Assembly: GCF_900996245.1 (NCBI RefSeq) | Contig: NZ_CAAJGK010000107.1 | Span: 196,824-228,823 of the forward strand | Reading direction: 5' to 3' | Source: Paraburkholderia sp. BCC1886 | Lineage (GTDB): Bacteria > Pseudomonadota > Gammaproteobacteria > Burkholderiales > Burkholderiaceae | DNA length: 32,000 nt | In this document: in pieces, positions 1-10,940 of the stretch | Layout of the letters: every line of letters begins with the position of its first letter | Numbering within the stretch: position 1 is the stretch's first letter | Program-made: the position numbers and the translations under genes | The notes under the pieces: generated by a model | Seen by the model: the letters and a program-made list of their open reading frames with translations, nothing else | Databases searched by the model: none | What the model was told of the DNA's origin: nothing

Positions 1-1
1 G

Positions 2-892
2 GTCGACCAGTTGCTGCAGGCCGTGCCGTCACTGTCGACGCTCGCGCGCATCGTGCCCGAGCAGATAGCCAGCGTGGACAGCAAGGACATGACGTTGGCG
101 CTCTGGACCACACTCGCGCAACGCATCAACACGTTGCTGGCGACCGACGACATCGACGGCGTGGTGGTGACGCATGGCACCGATACGCTGGAAGAAACCG
201 CATATCTACTGCATCTGACCGTCAAATCGGACAAGCCGGTCGTGCTGACCGCGGCAATGCGTCCGGCCTCCGCCCTGTCCGCCGACGGTCCGTTGAATCT
301 GCAGAACGCGGTCACCGTGGCGGCGCAAAAAAGCGCGCGCGGGCAGGGCGTGCTGGTCGCGTTCAACAACCGGATTCACAGCGCACGCGATGTGGTCAAG
401 ACGAGCACCTATGCGGTGGATGCATTCCAGTCGCCGGAGATCGGCGCGCTCGGCTGGGTCCAGGATGGCCGCGTCGAGTTTCAGCGCGGCGTCGTGCGCG
501 CACATACGCTGGCGACGGAATTCGTTATCGGCGCGAACTGGCCGAACGTGGAAGTCGTGGTGAGCTATGCGGGCGTGTCGCGGATCGTCGTCGACGCGCT
601 GGTTGCGGCGGGCGTGCGCGGCATCGTGGTGGCCGGTACGGGCAATGGTTCGATTCATGCGTCGATGCAGCAGGCGCTGGCCGATGCGGCGTCGCAGGGT
701 GTGGTCGTGGTGCGGGCTTCGCGTGTGGGCTCGGGGCATGTGATGCGCAACGGCGCGGCCGCCGACGACGCGCTGGGTTTTGTCAGCGCGGGCTCGCTGA
801 ATCCGTACAAGGCGCGCGTGTTGTTGATGCTCGCGCTCGCCGCCGGCGGAACCGGCCCGGTCGCGCTGCAAAAGATATTCGATACGTATTGA
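2..892 (+). CDS. L-asparaginase / glutaminase-asparaginase, 5'-truncated by the window edge
   Basis: The frame is open from base 2 (the track start at 11 is an internal TTG). Family motifs 'VVTHGTDTLEETAYLL' and 'GIVVAGTGNGS' are present, with a typical C-terminal domain. Confidence 0.85.
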   Translation, partial: VDQLLQAVPSLSTLARIVPEQIASVDSKDMTLALWTTLAQRINTLLATDDIDGVVVTHGTDTLEETAYLLHLTVKSDKPVVLTAAMRPASALSADGPLNLQNAVTVAAQKSARGQGVLVAFNNRIHSARDVVKTSTYAVDAFQSPEIGALGWVQDGRVEFQRGVVRAHTLATEFVIGANWPNVEVVVSYAGVSRIVVDALVAAGVRGIVVAGTGNGSIHASMQQALADAASQGVVVVRASRVGSGHVMRNGAAADDALGFVSAGSLNPYKARVLLMLALAAGGTGPVALQKIFDTY

Positions 893-945
893 CGGTGTGG
901 GAGATAACGTTGCGCATGCGCCAGGCGCACGCGCAACGCTTTGCA

Positions 946-1443
946 TTACACCGCCGGAATGACCAATACCTGACCCGGATAAATCTTGTCCGGGCTCTTC
1001 AGCATCGGCGTGTTGGCCTGAAAAATCACGTCGTTCTTCGCGCCGCTGCCGTAGTACTTCTCTGCGATCTTCCACAGATTGTCGCCCGATACGACGGTGT
1101 GAAACTGCGTGGGTGCGGCGGCGGGTTTCGTGACGGTCAACTGGTCGTCGACCTTGTCGACGTTGTGCACGTTGCCGGCGGCAACCAGGATCTTGTCCTT
1201 GGTCGGTTGATCCGCGGCTTCACCGGACACGGTGACGGTATGGTTCGTGCCGTCGTAGGTGACGGACAGATTGGTCGCGTCGAGACCTTGCGTGCGGATA
1301 TACGTGGCGATGGCGTCGCCGGCGGTTTTATTCAATGCGGCAAGGTCGGGTGCGGCGGCCGGTGCGGCGGCGGCTTGTGCGGGGGCAGAGGCTGCGCCGA
1401 ACAGCTTTTCGCCGGCGTCCTTGATAAAACTGAGAATACCCAT
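946..1443 (-). CDS. kbp: BON + LysM domain protein (Kbp/YgaU-like)
   Basis: The N-terminus 'MGILSFIKDAGEKLF' matches the YgaU/Kbp start. The C-terminal LysM reads 'HTVVSGDNLWKIAEKYYG...IYPGQVLVIP'. I chose the ATG at 1443 over the track start at 1452. Confidence 0.85.
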   Translation of the reverse strand: MGILSFIKDAGEKLFGAASAPAQAAAAPAAAPDLAALNKTAGDAIATYIRTQGLDATNLSVTYDGTNHTVTVSGEAADQPTKDKILVAAGNVHNVDKVDDQLTVTKPAAAPTQFHTVVSGDNLWKIAEKYYGSGAKNDVIFQANTPMLKSPDKIYPGQVLVIPAV

Positions 1444-1865
1444 TGATGACACTCCTGACGTGACGGCGCAGGCGGCAAGCCTGGAAGCTGAGCGATTGAA
1501 ACGCCTGCGACCGGAGTCAACGAGTGTAGGAGAAAAGCGCGCGGCGATGTGTCAAAAATGGTCGAGGGATGCGCGCGCAATTGCAAGCAGATGTGAGCGG
1601 CGGCACGTAGCGGCACGTAGCGGCAAGCGCAGTTCTGCGTAACGATTCGCGTGAATGCACGCTCGCAGGCACCCGGCAGGAAGACGTGCGGACGACTTGC
1701 GCGAATGTCTTCGTGCGAGAGATTGGCGGATAAAGCATGGCGATGAAATCCGACAGCCGGACACCCGACGACGACGTCTGACCGACCAAGGCTTCCCCGG
1801 CGTCGCCGGGTGCCGCTGCGGACCCTGCCTGGCCACTCTCAGCCCAGAGCGGCCATTTTGCCCAT

Positions 1866-1890
1866 GATGTCACGCACTTCGCGTGACATC
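1866..1890. repeat. Perfect 10-bp inverted repeat (gatgtcacgc / gcgtgacatc, 5-nt loop) downstream of glxR; function unknown
   Basis: Read directly. A second hairpin (agagcggc/gccgctct) lies at 1908-1934. Neither is followed by a U-tract on the minus strand, so neither is a classical intrinsic terminator. Confidence 0.5.
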
Positions 1891-1943
1891 ACGAGCGCCC
1901 CACCTTCAAGAGCGGCCGCCTTGCACAGCCGCTCTCTCTCTTA

Positions 1944-2852
1944 TCAGGCCGCTTTCGCTTCGGCGCCCGGCGCCTGTGCCACTTCGTAGTTCGCCATGAT
2001 CTCGAGCGCGCGCACCATCGCCGAGTGATCCCACGCCTTGCCGCCGTTCGCCGCGCATACGCTGAACAACTGCTGCGCGCTCGCCGTATGCGGCAACGCG
2101 ATGCCCAGCTTGCGTGCGCCGTCGAGCGCGAGGTTCAAATCCTTCTGATGCAGTTCGATGCGAAAGCCCGGCTCGAACGTGCGCTTCGTCATCCGTTCGC
2201 CGTGGACTTCGAGAATGCGCGACGAAGCGAAGCCGCCCATCAACGCACGACGCACGCGTTCCGGATCGGCGCCCGAGCGCGACGCGAACAGCAGCGCTTC
2301 CGCCACGGCCTCGATGTTCAGCGCGACGATGATCTGGTTCGCGACCTTGCAGGTTTGGCCTGCACCGTTATCGCCGATCAGCGAGATGTTCTTGCCCATC
2401 AGTTCGAACAGCGGCTTCGCCTGCGCGAACGCGTGCTCGGGGCCGCCGACCATGATGGTCAGCGACGCTTCCCGTGCGCCCACTTCGCCGCCGGACACCG
2501 GCGCGTCCAGGTAGTCCACGCCGAGTGCGTTGATCTTGCGGGCGAATGCCTGCGTGTCGAGCGGCGAGATCGAACTCATGTCGATCACCAGCTTGCCCAT
2601 CGTGAGGCCCGCGGCGACGCCGTCGTCGGCGAACAGGACATTGGCCACGTCCGGCGTGTCGGGCACCATGATGACGACGATGTCGGCAGCCTGTGCGACT
2701 GCGGTGGAATTCGCGACGACGCTCGTGCTCTTTGCCAGATCGTCGGGGACCGGATACGCGCCGTTCACGAACAGCGTGTGACCGCCCTTGATGAGATTGC
2801 GCGCCATGTGCGCGCCCATGATGCCGAGGCCGATGAAACCGATCTTTGCCAT
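1944..2852 (-). CDS. glxR: 2-hydroxy-3-oxopropionate (tartronate semialdehyde) reductase
   Basis: The NAD-binding N-terminus is 'MAKIGFIGLGIMGAHMARNL', of the 3-hydroxyisobutyrate dehydrogenase family. It is the last gene of a gcl-hyi-glxR arrangement. Confidence 0.85.
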   Translation of the reverse strand: MAKIGFIGLGIMGAHMARNLIKGGHTLFVNGAYPVPDDLAKSTSVVANSTAVAQAADIVVIMVPDTPDVANVLFADDGVAAGLTMGKLVIDMSSISPLDTQAFARKINALGVDYLDAPVSGGEVGAREASLTIMVGGPEHAFAQAKPLFELMGKNISLIGDNGAGQTCKVANQIIVALNIEAVAEALLFASRSGADPERVRRALMGGFASSRILEVHGERMTKRTFEPGFRIELHQKDLNLALDGARKLGIALPHTASAQQLFSVCAANGGKAWDHSAMVRALEIMANYEVAQAPGAEAKAA

Positions 2853-2895
2853 GAGAGTGTGTCTCCAGAGTCGTTGGGGGTGAGGGCCTGTAGGA

Positions 2896-3693
2896 TCAGG
2901 CGGCGGCGCGGGCTGCGTCGCGGGTTTGTCCCAGCCAGGCGAGGCCGGCGGCAGTCGTCGTGCGCGGTTTGTATTCGCAGCCGACGTAGCCTTCGTAGCC
3001 GAGCGTGTCGAGCAGATCGAAGAGGAACGGATAGTTGATCTCGCCCGTGCCCGGCTCGTTGCGCCCCGGGTTATCGGCGAGCTGGATATGCGCGATCTGC
3101 AGCAGATTCTTTTTGATGGTCGCCGCGAGTTCGCCTTCCATGCGTTGCATGTGATAGATGTCGTATTGCAGGAACAGATTGTCCGAGCCGACCGCGCGAA
3201 TCACGTCGAGCCCTTCGCTGGAACGTTTCAGTGCGAAGCCCGGAATGTCGTACGAGTTGCACGGCTCGACCAGCAGCCGGATGTTCGCGCGGTTCAGTTC
3301 GGCCGCGGCGAAACGCAGGTTCTCGACGATCGTCGTGCGCGCCTGGTCGGCGTCCACGTTCGCGCCCGGAATGCCGACGAGGCAGTTCAGTTGCGGCACC
3401 TTCAACGCCTTCGCGTATTCGATTGCATGGCCCACGCCGTCCCGGAACTCGCTCACGCGATCCGGCAGGCAGGCGATGCCGCGTTCACCCGCTTCCCAGT
3501 TGCCGGCGGGCAGGTTGTGCAGCACGAGTCGCAAACGGTTCTGCTGCAGACGTTCGCTCAGCTCGGCGATTTTATACGGGTAGGGAAACAGGAATTCCAC
3601 GGCGTCGAAGCCCGCATCCGCAGCGGCCGCGAAACGGTCGAGGAACGGCACTTCGTTGAACAGCATCGTGAGGTTGGCAGCAAATTTCGGCAT
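2896..3693 (-). CDS. hyi: Hydroxypyruvate isomerase
   Basis: 'MPKFAANLTMLFNEVPFLDRF' is the typical Hyi N-terminus, with TIM-barrel xylose-isomerase-like motifs. The start is moved to the ATG at 3693, giving 265 aa. It lies between gcl and glxR. Confidence 0.85.
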   Translation of the reverse strand: MPKFAANLTMLFNEVPFLDRFAAAADAGFDAVEFLFPYPYKIAELSERLQQNRLRLVLHNLPAGNWEAGERGIACLPDRVSEFRDGVGHAIEYAKALKVPQLNCLVGIPGANVDADQARTTIVENLRFAAAELNRANIRLLVEPCNSYDIPGFALKRSSEGLDVIRAVGSDNLFLQYDIYHMQRMEGELAATIKKNLLQIAHIQLADNPGRNEPGTGEINYPFLFDLLDTLGYEGYVGCEYKPRTTTAAGLAWLGQTRDAARAAA

Positions 3694-3741
3694 GGTGCGA
3701 AGGTCTCTCTGGTCGGTCGGATGAAGGGATGAAACTTGGTC

Positions 3742-3783
3742 TTGCAATCAGTCGTGCAATCAGTCTCGCAATCAGTCGTGCAT

Positions 3784-3789
<6 letters not shown>
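3742..3789. repeat. 12-bp tandem repeat x4 (ttgcaatcagtc / gtgcaatcagtc / tcgcaatcagtc / gtgcattcagtc)
   Basis: Read directly. It fills the gcl-hyi intergenic space, and the last unit contains the gcl stop codon (3784-3786). Confidence 0.9.
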
Positions 3790-5559
<1,770 letters not shown>

Positions 5560-5706
5560 GAATGTCTCCTGACTTGTCGGGGAATGTCTTTGGGAATCGG
5601 CGTTTCGAAGTGTTGAACGAACTTTAGGCGTCACGGAAAGGTTTGATAAGATCAGCCCGAGTCGCTTATTTCGAAACAAAAAGTATGGAATGGCGGGAGA
5701 CACGAG

Positions 5707-6621
5707 ATGGACCGTTTCAAGCAGATCGAGACCTTCGTGCGGGTTGCCGATGCCGGCAGCCTTGCGGCGGCGGCGCTGGAGGAGGGTGTGTCGCCGGTCA
5801 TACTCGGGCGGCGCATCGACGCGCTGGAAAAGCGCCTTGGCGTCAAGCTGATGTACCGCTCGACACGGCGGCTGGTGGTGAGCGAAGAGGGCGCCGCGTT
5901 TCTGGAGCGCTGTCGCGGTCTGCTCGGCGAGTGGGATCAGGCGGAAAACGAATTGAGCGCCGGGCGGCGCGCGATCAACGGGCATCTGATCGTGTCGGCG
6001 CCGGCGGCTTTCGGGCGCAAGCACGTGGCGCCGTTGGCGCCGGCCTTCCTCGCCGATAAACCGGAGTTGCAACTGTCGTTCAACCTGACCGATCGGGTGG
6101 TCGATCTGGTGCGCGAGGGCTACGACCTGTCGATCCGGATCGGCGGGTCGGTCGATCCGAACTTCGTCGCCGTCAAGCTGGCGTCGAACCGGCGCGTGGT
6201 GTGCGGCACGCCCGCGTACTTCCGCGCGCACGGCAAACCGAAGACGCTGGACGATCTGCCGCGCCACAACTGCCTCGCGTTCAACCTGCAAGGCGGACAG
6301 AACCGCGGCTGGTATTTCCGGCGTAACGGCAAACTGGCGACGGTGCGCGTGGGCGGCACGCTCGATTGCAACGACGGCGAACTGCTGCACCGCTGGGTGT
6401 CGGAAGGACTCGGGCTGGGCTGGCGCTCGACGTGGGAAATCCAGCAGCAACTGGCACGCGGCGAACTGGAAACGGTGCTCGACGAGTACGCGCTGCCCGA
6501 CTACGACATCCTCGCGGTGTATCCACAGCAGCGCTACGTGCCGTCGCGGGTACGCTACTTCATCGATTATCTGAAAGAGGTGTATTCGAGCGACGACTAC
6601 TGGAACCGGCCGTCCTATTAG
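5707..6621 (+). CDS. LysR-family transcriptional regulator, divergent from gcl
   Basis: The N-terminal wHTH is '[48 protein letters not shown]', followed by a LysR substrate-binding domain. The 147-bp divergent intergenic region contains two TTTCGAA half-palindromes (5603-5609, 5669-5675). Confidence 0.85.
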   Translation: MDRFKQIETFVRVADAGSLAAAALEEGVSPVILGRRIDALEKRLGVKLMYRSTRRLVVSEEGAAFLERCRGLLGEWDQAENELSAGRRAINGHLIVSAPAAFGRKHVAPLAPAFLADKPELQLSFNLTDRVVDLVREGYDLSIRIGGSVDPNFVAVKLASNRRVVCGTPAYFRAHGKPKTLDDLPRHNCLAFNLQGGQNRGWYFRRNGKLATVRVGGTLDCNDGELLHRWVSEGLGLGWRSTWEIQQQLARGELETVLDEYALPDYDILAVYPQQRYVPSRVRYFIDYLKEVYSSDDYWNRPSY

Positions 6622-6695
6622 TCGGCCTTGCAATGGCCGGGCGGCGTAAATCGTTGAAAACGCTCTGGTTTCAGGTGTTCGATTATCGGGATATC

Positions 6696-6724
6696 TTGCA
6701 ACCCGTCCCTTTACGGGTTATAGT
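6696..6724 (+). promoter_or_regulatory. Candidate sigma70 promoter of the rpsF operon
   Basis: The -35 is TTGCAA (6696-6701), followed by a 17-nt spacer and the -10 TATAGT (6719-6724), about 75 nt upstream of the rpsF ATG. The spacer itself is a hairpin (acccgt...acgggt). Confidence 0.5.
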
Positions 6725-6798
6725 CTTGGGCTTCTCACTTGCCACACCGGTCCGACGCCCGGGTGGCTTTAATCCATAAGTCAGCACAAGGAGTGAAT

Positions 6799-7173
6799 AT
6801 GCGTCATTACGAAATCGTATTTATCGTGCATCCGGATCAGAGCGAGCAAGTGCCCGCCATGATCGAGCGTTACAAGAGCACGATTACCTCGCACGGTGGC
6901 CAGATCCACCGCATCGAAGACTGGGGCCGTCGCCAACTGGCCTACATGATCGAGAAACTCGCGAAGGCTCACTACGTCTGCCTGAACATCGAATGCGACC
7001 AGACCACGCTCGACGAGCTGGAACACGCATTCAAGTTCAACGACGCAGTTCTGCGTCACCTCATCGTCAAGCTGAAGAAGGCCGAAACCGGCCCGTCGCC
7101 GATGATGAAGGAAGTGCAGCGCGAAGAAGCCAAGAAGTCGGCTGCTACGCAACCGTCCGAAGCGCAGGCTTAA
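6799..7173 (+). CDS. rpsF: 30S ribosomal protein S6
   Basis: '[26 protein letters not shown]', with an acidic C-terminal tail. The RBS AAGGAG lies upstream of the ATG at 6799. Confidence 0.95.
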   Translation: MRHYEIVFIVHPDQSEQVPAMIERYKSTITSHGGQIHRIEDWGRRQLAYMIEKLAKAHYVCLNIECDQTTLDELEHAFKFNDAVLRHLIVKLKKAETGPSPMMKEVQREEAKKSAATQPSEAQA

Positions 7174-7223
7174 GACACACTATTTAAGCTACCAGGTCGA
7201 GCGTCGCGCTCGTCAAAAGGCTC

Positions 7224-7523
7224 ATGAACCGGCTGCAACTTACGGCCAGCGTCGTCGAACGCGAACCGGTGCGGTACACCCCCGCCGGCGTTCCGATTGC
7301 AGGTTGCACGTTGCAGCACCGCGCGGAAGTCGTCGAAGCCGGCATTACCCGGCAAGTCGAACTGACCATGCAGGCGGTAGCCGCAGGCGAGGCGAGCGGT
7401 AAGCTGGAAGGCTGTCAGATGGGCGTGGAAACGCTCTTCACCGGCTTCCTGGCAAAAAAGCACCGCAACGCAAGAACACTGGTATTTCACATCACAGCAT
7501 TGCAGGACATTGGAAAGGACTGA
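7224..7523 (+). CDS. priB: Primosomal replication protein N (PriB)
   Basis: A ~99 aa OB-fold protein in the conserved rpsF-priB-rpsR position. The N-terminus is '[25 protein letters not shown]'. Confidence 0.85.
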   Translation: MNRLQLTASVVEREPVRYTPAGVPIAGCTLQHRAEVVEAGITRQVELTMQAVAAGEASGKLEGCQMGVETLFTGFLAKKHRNARTLVFHITALQDIGKD

Positions 7524-7525
7524 AC

Positions 7526-7801
7526 ATGCCCCGCCCGACTGGTAAGAAATTCGACAAACGTCGTCAGCAACAAAATCCGCTCTTCAAGCGCAAGAAGTTC
7601 TGCCGTTTCACGGCCGCTGGTGTCGATCACATCGACTACAAAGACCTCGATACGCTGAAGGACTTCATCGGCGAAAACGGCAAGATCACGCCGGCGCGTC
7701 TCACGGGTACGAAGTCGCATTACCAACGCCAGCTGGATACGGCAATCAAGCGCGCACGTTTCCTCGCGCTGGTGCCGTACACCGACCAGCACAAGGCCTA
7801 A
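7526..7801 (+). CDS. rpsR: 30S ribosomal protein S18
   Basis: '[41 protein letters not shown]' is the S18 signature. Confidence 0.95.
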   Translation: MPRPTGKKFDKRRQQQNPLFKRKKFCRFTAAGVDHIDYKDLDTLKDFIGENGKITPARLTGTKSHYQRQLDTAIKRARFLALVPYTDQHKA

Positions 7802-7828
7802 CCCGACGACGCGATAAGGAGCATCCGA

Positions 7829-8281
7829 ATGCAAATCATTCTTCTGGAAAAAGTCGTCAATCTGGGTAACCTGGGCGACATCGTGAAGGTCAAGGACGGT
7901 TACGCACGTAACTTCCTGATCCCGAAAAAGCAGGCTCGTCGTGCAACGAAGGAAGCGCTGGCTGAATTCGAAGTTCGCCGCGCTGAACTCGAAAAGACCG
8001 CCGCTGAAAAGCTGGCAGCCGCTCAGGCTCAAGGCGAAAAGCTGGCAGGCTCGACGGTGCAAATCGGTCAGAAGGCTGGCGTCGACGGCCGTCTGTTCGG
8101 CTCGGTGACCAACGCCGACATCGCCGACGCTCTGGTCAAGCAAGGCTTCGCAGTGGAAAAGGCGCAAGTGCGTCTGCCGGAAGGCCCGCTGAAGATCGTG
8201 GGCGACCACGCAGTTCAGGTCTCGCTGCACACCGACGTTCTCGTCGAAGTGACGGTGGCCGTGCTGGGCGAACACGTCTAA
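7829..8281 (+). CDS. rplI: 50S ribosomal protein L9
   Basis: '[32 protein letters not shown]' is the L9 N-terminal signature. Confidence 0.95.
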   Translation: MQIILLEKVVNLGNLGDIVKVKDGYARNFLIPKKQARRATKEALAEFEVRRAELEKTAAEKLAAAQAQGEKLAGSTVQIGQKAGVDGRLFGSVTNADIADALVKQGFAVEKAQVRLPEGPLKIVGDHAVQVSLHTDVLVEVTVAVLGEHV

Positions 8282-8329
8282 AGACGCAAAGCAGCTGCCA
8301 GCCGGGTTGCTGGCAGATGGCTTAAGAGA

Positions 8330-8363
8330 GGCAGGGGCCGGGTGACCGGCCCCTGCCTTTTTT
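8330..8363 (+). terminator. Rho-independent terminator after rplI
   Basis: A 12-bp GC stem (ggcaggggccgg / ccggcccctgcc) with a 4-nt loop is followed by T6 (8358-8363). An additional upstream hairpin lies at 8295-8316. Confidence 0.75.
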
Positions 8364-8438
8364 CATGCCCGCCTGGCGTACATCGAAGTGCAGGTTTTTT
8401 GTTTCCTCCCGCGCGCTTTACCCCGATAATTCCCCTCC

Positions 8439-9827
8439 ATGAACGCACCGTCCAAAGATCCCCAACTCGAGTCGCTAAAAGTCCCGCCGCATTCGATCGA
8501 GGCCGAGCAATCGGTGCTGGGCGGCCTGCTGCTCGACAACGCGGCATGGGACCGCATCGCCGACTTCCTGTCGCAGAGCGATTTTTATCGCTACGACCAT
8601 CGGCTCATTTACGAACACATCGGCAAGCTGATCGCGGCCACGCGCCCGGCCGACGTGATCACCGTGTACGAGTCGCTCGGCACCGCGGGCAAGGCGGAAG
8701 AGGTCGGCGGGCTCGCCTACCTGAATGCGCTGGCGCAAAACACGCCGAGCGCAGCCAATATCCGCCGTTACGCGGAAATCGTGCGCGATCGTGCCGTGTT
8801 GCGCCGGCTGGTGTCGGTAGCCGACGAGATTTCCGCCGACGCGTTTAATCCGCAGGGCAAGGAAGTGCGCCAGTTGCTGGACGAGGCCGAATCGAAGGTG
8901 TTCTCGATTGCCGAAGACGGCGCGCGCGGCACCCAGGGCTTTCTCGAGATTGGACCGTTGCTGACCCAGGTCGTCGAGCGTATCGACACGCTATATCACA
9001 CGGCTAATCCGAGCGACGTGACCGGCACGCCGACCGGCTTCGTCGATCTGGACCGTATGACGTCCGGCATGCATGGCGGCGAGTTGATCATCGTTGCAGG
9101 GCGTCCGTCGATGGGTAAGACCGCGTTCTCGATGAATGTCGGCGAGTACGTTGCAGTTGAATACGGTTTGCCAGTAGCGGTGTTTTCGATGGAAATGCCC
9201 GGCTCGCAACTGACCATGCGGATGCTCGGCTCGGTTGGCCGGCTCGACCAGCACCGGATGCGAACCGGGCGATTAACCGACGAAGATTGGCCGAAGCTGA
9301 CACATGCCGTGCAGAAGATGAGCGAAGCGCAGATTTTTATCGACGAGACCGGTGGTTTGAATCCGATGGAACTGCGCTCCCGCGCGCGCCGGTTGTCGCG
9401 GCAATGCGGCAAGCTCGGCCTCATCATCATCGATTACCTGCAGTTGATGAGCGGTTCGTCGTCAGCCGGTGAAAACCGGGCGACCGAGATCTCGGAAATC
9501 TCGCGCTCGCTCAAAAGTCTCGCCAAGGAACTCGATGTTCCGGTCATCGCGTTGTCGCAGTTGAATCGTGGACTGGAACAGAGGCCGAACAAGCGGCCGA
9601 TCATGTCGGATCTGCGTGAATCCGGCGCTATCGAGCAGGATGCGGATGTGATCCTGTTCATCTATCGCGACGAAGTCTACAACCCTGATAGCCCCGACAA
9701 AGGCACTGCGGAGATCATCATCGGCAAGCAGCGGAACGGCCCGATCGGCCCTGTTCGACTGACTTTCCATGGTCAATACACGAAGTTCGATAACTTTGCG
9801 GGCGCGCAAAACTTCTACAGCGATTGA
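8439..9827 (+). CDS. dnaB: Replicative DNA helicase DnaB
   Basis: 'PPHSIEAEQSVLGGLLLDN' is the N-terminal domain motif. Walker A is 'GRPSMGKTAF'. Also present are 'IIIDYLQLM' and 'LSQLNRGLEQRPNKRP'. Confidence 0.95.
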   Translation: MNAPSKDPQLESLKVPPHSIEAEQSVLGGLLLDNAAWDRIADFLSQSDFYRYDHRLIYEHIGKLIAATRPADVITVYESLGTAGKAEEVGGLAYLNALAQNTPSAANIRRYAEIVRDRAVLRRLVSVADEISADAFNPQGKEVRQLLDEAESKVFSIAEDGARGTQGFLEIGPLLTQVVERIDTLYHTANPSDVTGTPTGFVDLDRMTSGMHGGELIIVAGRPSMGKTAFSMNVGEYVAVEYGLPVAVFSMEMPGSQLTMRMLGSVGRLDQHRMRTGRLTDEDWPKLTHAVQKMSEAQIFIDETGGLNPMELRSRARRLSRQCGKLGLIIIDYLQLMSGSSSAGENRATEISEISRSLKSLAKELDVPVIALSQLNRGLEQRPNKRPIMSDLRESGAIEQDADVILFIYRDEVYNPDSPDKGTAEIIIGKQRNGPIGPVRLTFHGQYTKFDNFAGAQNFYSD

Positions 9828-9980
9828 TCCGCCAAAGCAGACGACAGCGTCAAGGGAACTGCAAGCAGTAACTGCGGCTCATGTTGTAACGACGCTGTCA
9901 AAAGTGCGGTAGCGATCCCGGACCGGTACAATGTGGCGGTTTTATGTCAGCCAAAAACGTGACTTATCTCCGGGATCCCA

Positions 9981-10018
9981 ATGTTCGGTCGATTCATGCC
10001 CACCGCGGGCAAGTTTCT
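9981..10018 (+). repeat. Left copy (attL-like) of the 38-bp imperfect direct repeat: orphaned native 5' end of the DUF47 gene
   Basis: The left copy atgttcggtcgattcatgcccaccgcgggcaagtttct matches 18803-18840 at 32/38 positions. The identical 13-bp core ttcatgcccaccg sits at 9993-10005. The stub encodes MFGRFMPTAGKFLGKTSR-stop (9981-10037). Confidence 0.8.
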
Positions 10019-10205
10019 AGGGAAAACTTCGCGATAGGCGCATTCCTATCATGCAGTCCCCGTTTTTAAGACCTTGAAAAGTCTAGATTTTTTGAGAAAG
10101 TGCGATTGGAGCATCTGTAACGCACGAGTCACAAGTACGTATTTTTTACGTACGTACGCCCCTGAACTTCGGTTACTTTGCGTACGCAAAACCACCGGGG
10201 GCCAC

Positions 10206-10722
10206 ATGACATCAAACCTGAAATTCAAGACCGCGCGGGCCAAGCTGGAACCGCGCCGTGCCCCTTACTGGTCCGCCTAAGCTTGGCGTACTTATCGGCT
10301 TCCGAAAGGGGGCAGCAACAGGCGGAACGTGGATCGGTTGCACTCGCGACGCCAGCGGCACGTACCAGTTCACGTCACTGGGAAGCGACGCCACGAAGGA
10401 ATACGACGAAGCCAGCCGGGAAATCGCCAAGTGGGCGGAGGAACTGGCTAAGGGCGTCCAGAACGACCGGAAATTGACGGTTGCCGACGTATGCCGCGCC
10501 TATGTCGCTAATCGCCGGATCGAGAAGGGCGTTACCACGGCATACGACGTTCAGAAGCGCTTTGAGCGATATGTATTCTCGGAGACATGCGCTATCCGCA
10601 AAGGGGAAAAGATGCCCAGCGGACGGAAGAAGCACGTTGAGGCGTTTGTGTATGACCGACGTATTGGAGATATCCCGTTCGCCAAACTTCAGCCGGGCGA
10701 CGTTCAGCAGGATCAACTATGA
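10206..10722 (+). pseudogene. Tyrosine-recombinase (phage-type integrase) N-terminal remnant, frameshifted and 3'-truncated
   Basis: Frame 1 reads 'MTSNLKFKTARAKLEPRRAPYWSA-stop' (to 10280). It continues in another frame as 'KLGVLIGFRKGAATGGTWIGCTRDASGTYQFTSLG...', resembling arm-binding and N-terminal integrase regions. A frameshift lies near 10278 and a stop at 10722. There is no room before 10918 for a catalytic R..HxxR..Y domain. Confidence 0.6.
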
Positions 10723-10744
10723 ATAACCCACAAGAAGCCCTTAA

Positions 10745-10918
10745 AGCAAAAAACTCACTAAGCCTCTGTCTGACGAACTGGTTCGCGTGAACATCGAAGT
10801 CACACCGCAAATGCGCGAAGACCTGAAGGCGTACGTGCGCGCGAATAACGCGACCATCGCCAAGGTATTGCGCGCGATGTTTGAACTTCACCTATATCCG
10901 GAAAATCCGGTGCAGTAA
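10745..10918 (+). other. Short open frame with ribbon-helix-helix-like sequence; possible gene fragment
   Basis: 'KPLSDELVRVNIEVTPQMREDLKAYVRANNATIAKVLRAMFELHL' has a beta-strand/helix/helix pattern typical of CopG/RHH proteins. There is no ATG before 10811; possible starts are GTG 10787 or CTG 10766. It is not in the ORF track because it is under 60 aa. Confidence 0.3.
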
Positions 10919-10940
10919 TGTTCCAGCCCACACGACCGAC

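Noticed and set aside
1601-1626. 10-bp tandem duplication cggcacgtag x2 plus a partial third copy
   Set aside because: It is real, but tiny, intergenic and without any associated structure or ORF. I see no basis for assigning a function.
5560-6633. Upstream 357-aa extension of the gcl ORF (track ORF 3784-6633)
   Set aside because: The extension is antisense to the well-supported LysR gene and has no protein-like sequence. The canonical Gcl N-terminus begins at the ATG at 5559.
6725-6798. Imperfect stem (gccacaccgg...cccgggtggc) in the rpsF 5' UTR as an S6:S18 autoregulatory leader
   Set aside because: It is plausible by position, but I cannot verify the conserved motif without a covariance-model search (cmsearch with the rpsF leader model), so it is not reported as a feature.
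10375-10891. Minus-strand ORFs 10375-10716 and 10592-10891
   Set aside because: They are antisense to the integrase remnant and the RHH-like frame, with no motifs. They are most likely chance ORFs in decayed DNA.
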